In this document: positions 24,365 through 25,000 of the stretch, piece by piece
How positions within the stretch are numbered: the first letter of the stretch is position 1
Layout: the number at the start of each line of letters is the position of its first letter
DNA from: an archaeon
GTDB taxonomy: Bacteria; Desulfobacterota; Dissulfuribacteria; Dissulfuribacterales; UBA3076
Direction of reading: 5' to 3'
DNA length: 25,000 bases
NCBI GenBank assembly: GCA_048631505.1
Contig: JAIWFS010000001.1
Location: forward strand, 1-25,000
Notes under the pieces: generated by a model
Database searches by the model: none
Told to the model about the DNA's origin: nothing
What the model saw: only the letters and a program-made list of their open reading frames with translations
Made by a program: the position numbers and the translations under genes

Positions 24365-24399
24365 GTAGGTTGGGCAAAGCGCAGCGTGCCCAACACTAC
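24365..24399 (+). repeat. GTAG-type REP-like palindrome between convergent genes
   Basis: GTAG + GTTGGGCA-N10-TGCCCAAC (perfect 8-bp stem) + A + CTAC. Confidence 0.7.
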
Positions 24400-24638
24400 C
24401 GTCTGCTTTCTCTCAGAAAGGTATCCACGGCCTCTACAATGACATTTGTTATAGTAGTCCGATTCTTATGGGCATATGTTCTTGCCCTCTCAGCTAATTG
24501 TCGAGGAACGAAGACGTTACTGTTACCAATCTCTCCATGTTCACTGTTCATGATTGCATCTACACCGACTGGAGATTCTTGAAGACGGCTTAGGATACCG
24601 ATATCATGGCTTGCTACAAACTGGCTTTGTTCAGGCAT
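24396..24638 (-). CDS. Ribbon-helix-helix (CopG/Arc-like) DNA-binding protein
   Basis: C-terminal SNVFVPRQLAERARTYAHKNRTTITNVIVEAVDTFL fits the RHH pattern; GGGAGGA SD before ATG 24638. Confidence 0.65.
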   Translation of the reverse strand: MPEQSQFVASHDIGILSRLQESPVGVDAIMNSEHGEIGNSNVFVPRQLAERARTYAHKNRTTITNVIVEAVDTFLRESRR

Positions 24639-24732
24639 TTGATCCTCCCAGAGGTTGCTCAAATTCCTTCTATGAGCGGAATCACGGCTCAGTTTCAAGA
24701 AACCCTCTTGCAAGCAAGAGCTAGTGAGAAAA

Positions 24733-25000
24733 CTAACGAGAACCTCGAACCTTGAAAGGCAGTATTTCAGCGGATCTGAGCTCTTTTTCCTCGGTTTCGA
24801 CCCCTGAATGCGCAGCTCCCGCCATTTTCAGAGCATTTAGGAATCCTTTTTCCGCGAAAACGAAATTCCACATCATATCGCTCAGGCGTGTACAGGCAGC
24901 TAAAGGGTTACTGCATCTCTTACGTTCACTATCGATCTGCCACTGTAGACCTCGCAAACGTTGCTGACGATCCTCAGGTGCACTGGAAATAAGATCATCT
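24733..25000 (-). CDS. DUF3135-like protein, 5'-truncated by the window edge
   Basis: The frame stays open to the window end: DDLISSAPEDRQQRLRGLQWQIDSERKRCSNPLAAC, matching the recalled DUF3135 pattern (I.SAP...RLRGLQ..ID....NP). Confidence 0.65.
   Translation of the reverse strand, partial: DDLISSAPEDRQQRLRGLQWQIDSERKRCSNPLAACTRLSDMMWNFVFAEKGFLNALKMAGAAHSGVETEEKELRSAEILPFKVRGSR

Overview
Chromosomal window from a probable Desulfobacterota (deltaproteobacterial) anaerobe; the taxon is inferred from gene content. 1-5956: PilZ protein, thioredoxin/HEAT fusion, SLOG protein, creatininase-family hydrolase, TlpA-like lipoprotein, soluble P-type-ATPase-like HAD, DUF1232 and unknowns. 5980-16603 (minus): an 11-gene complex I-like operon nuoABCDHIJKLMN without nuoEFG, with charged low-complexity additions in NuoC and NuoI. 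Then a 65-aa protein patterned like the MucR/Ros N-terminal domain and tRNA-Ala(GGC). 17394-22089 (plus): a tightly coupled ubiD-ubiX-mqnP-pyrK-pyrD operon in which mqnP and pyrD both carry an identical 36-bp (AATCACCA)x4 repeat just after their starts. 22100-24400 looks like an accessory islet: a repeat-built hairpin, a 47-aa Arg-rich ORF absent from the ORF track that resembles the c-di-GMP-binding arginine-rich region of Caulobacter Cle proteins, a probable group II intron domain VI scar, an AbrB-like/RelE-like toxin-antitoxin pair, an AT-rich HD-GYP gene with a consensus sigma70 promoter, and a GTAG-type REP-like palindrome. The best candidate for an undescribed system is the stand-alone c-di-GMP 'sponge' peptide next to the HD-GYP phosphodiesterase. 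All family assignments come from motif recognition by eye and memory; no searches were run.
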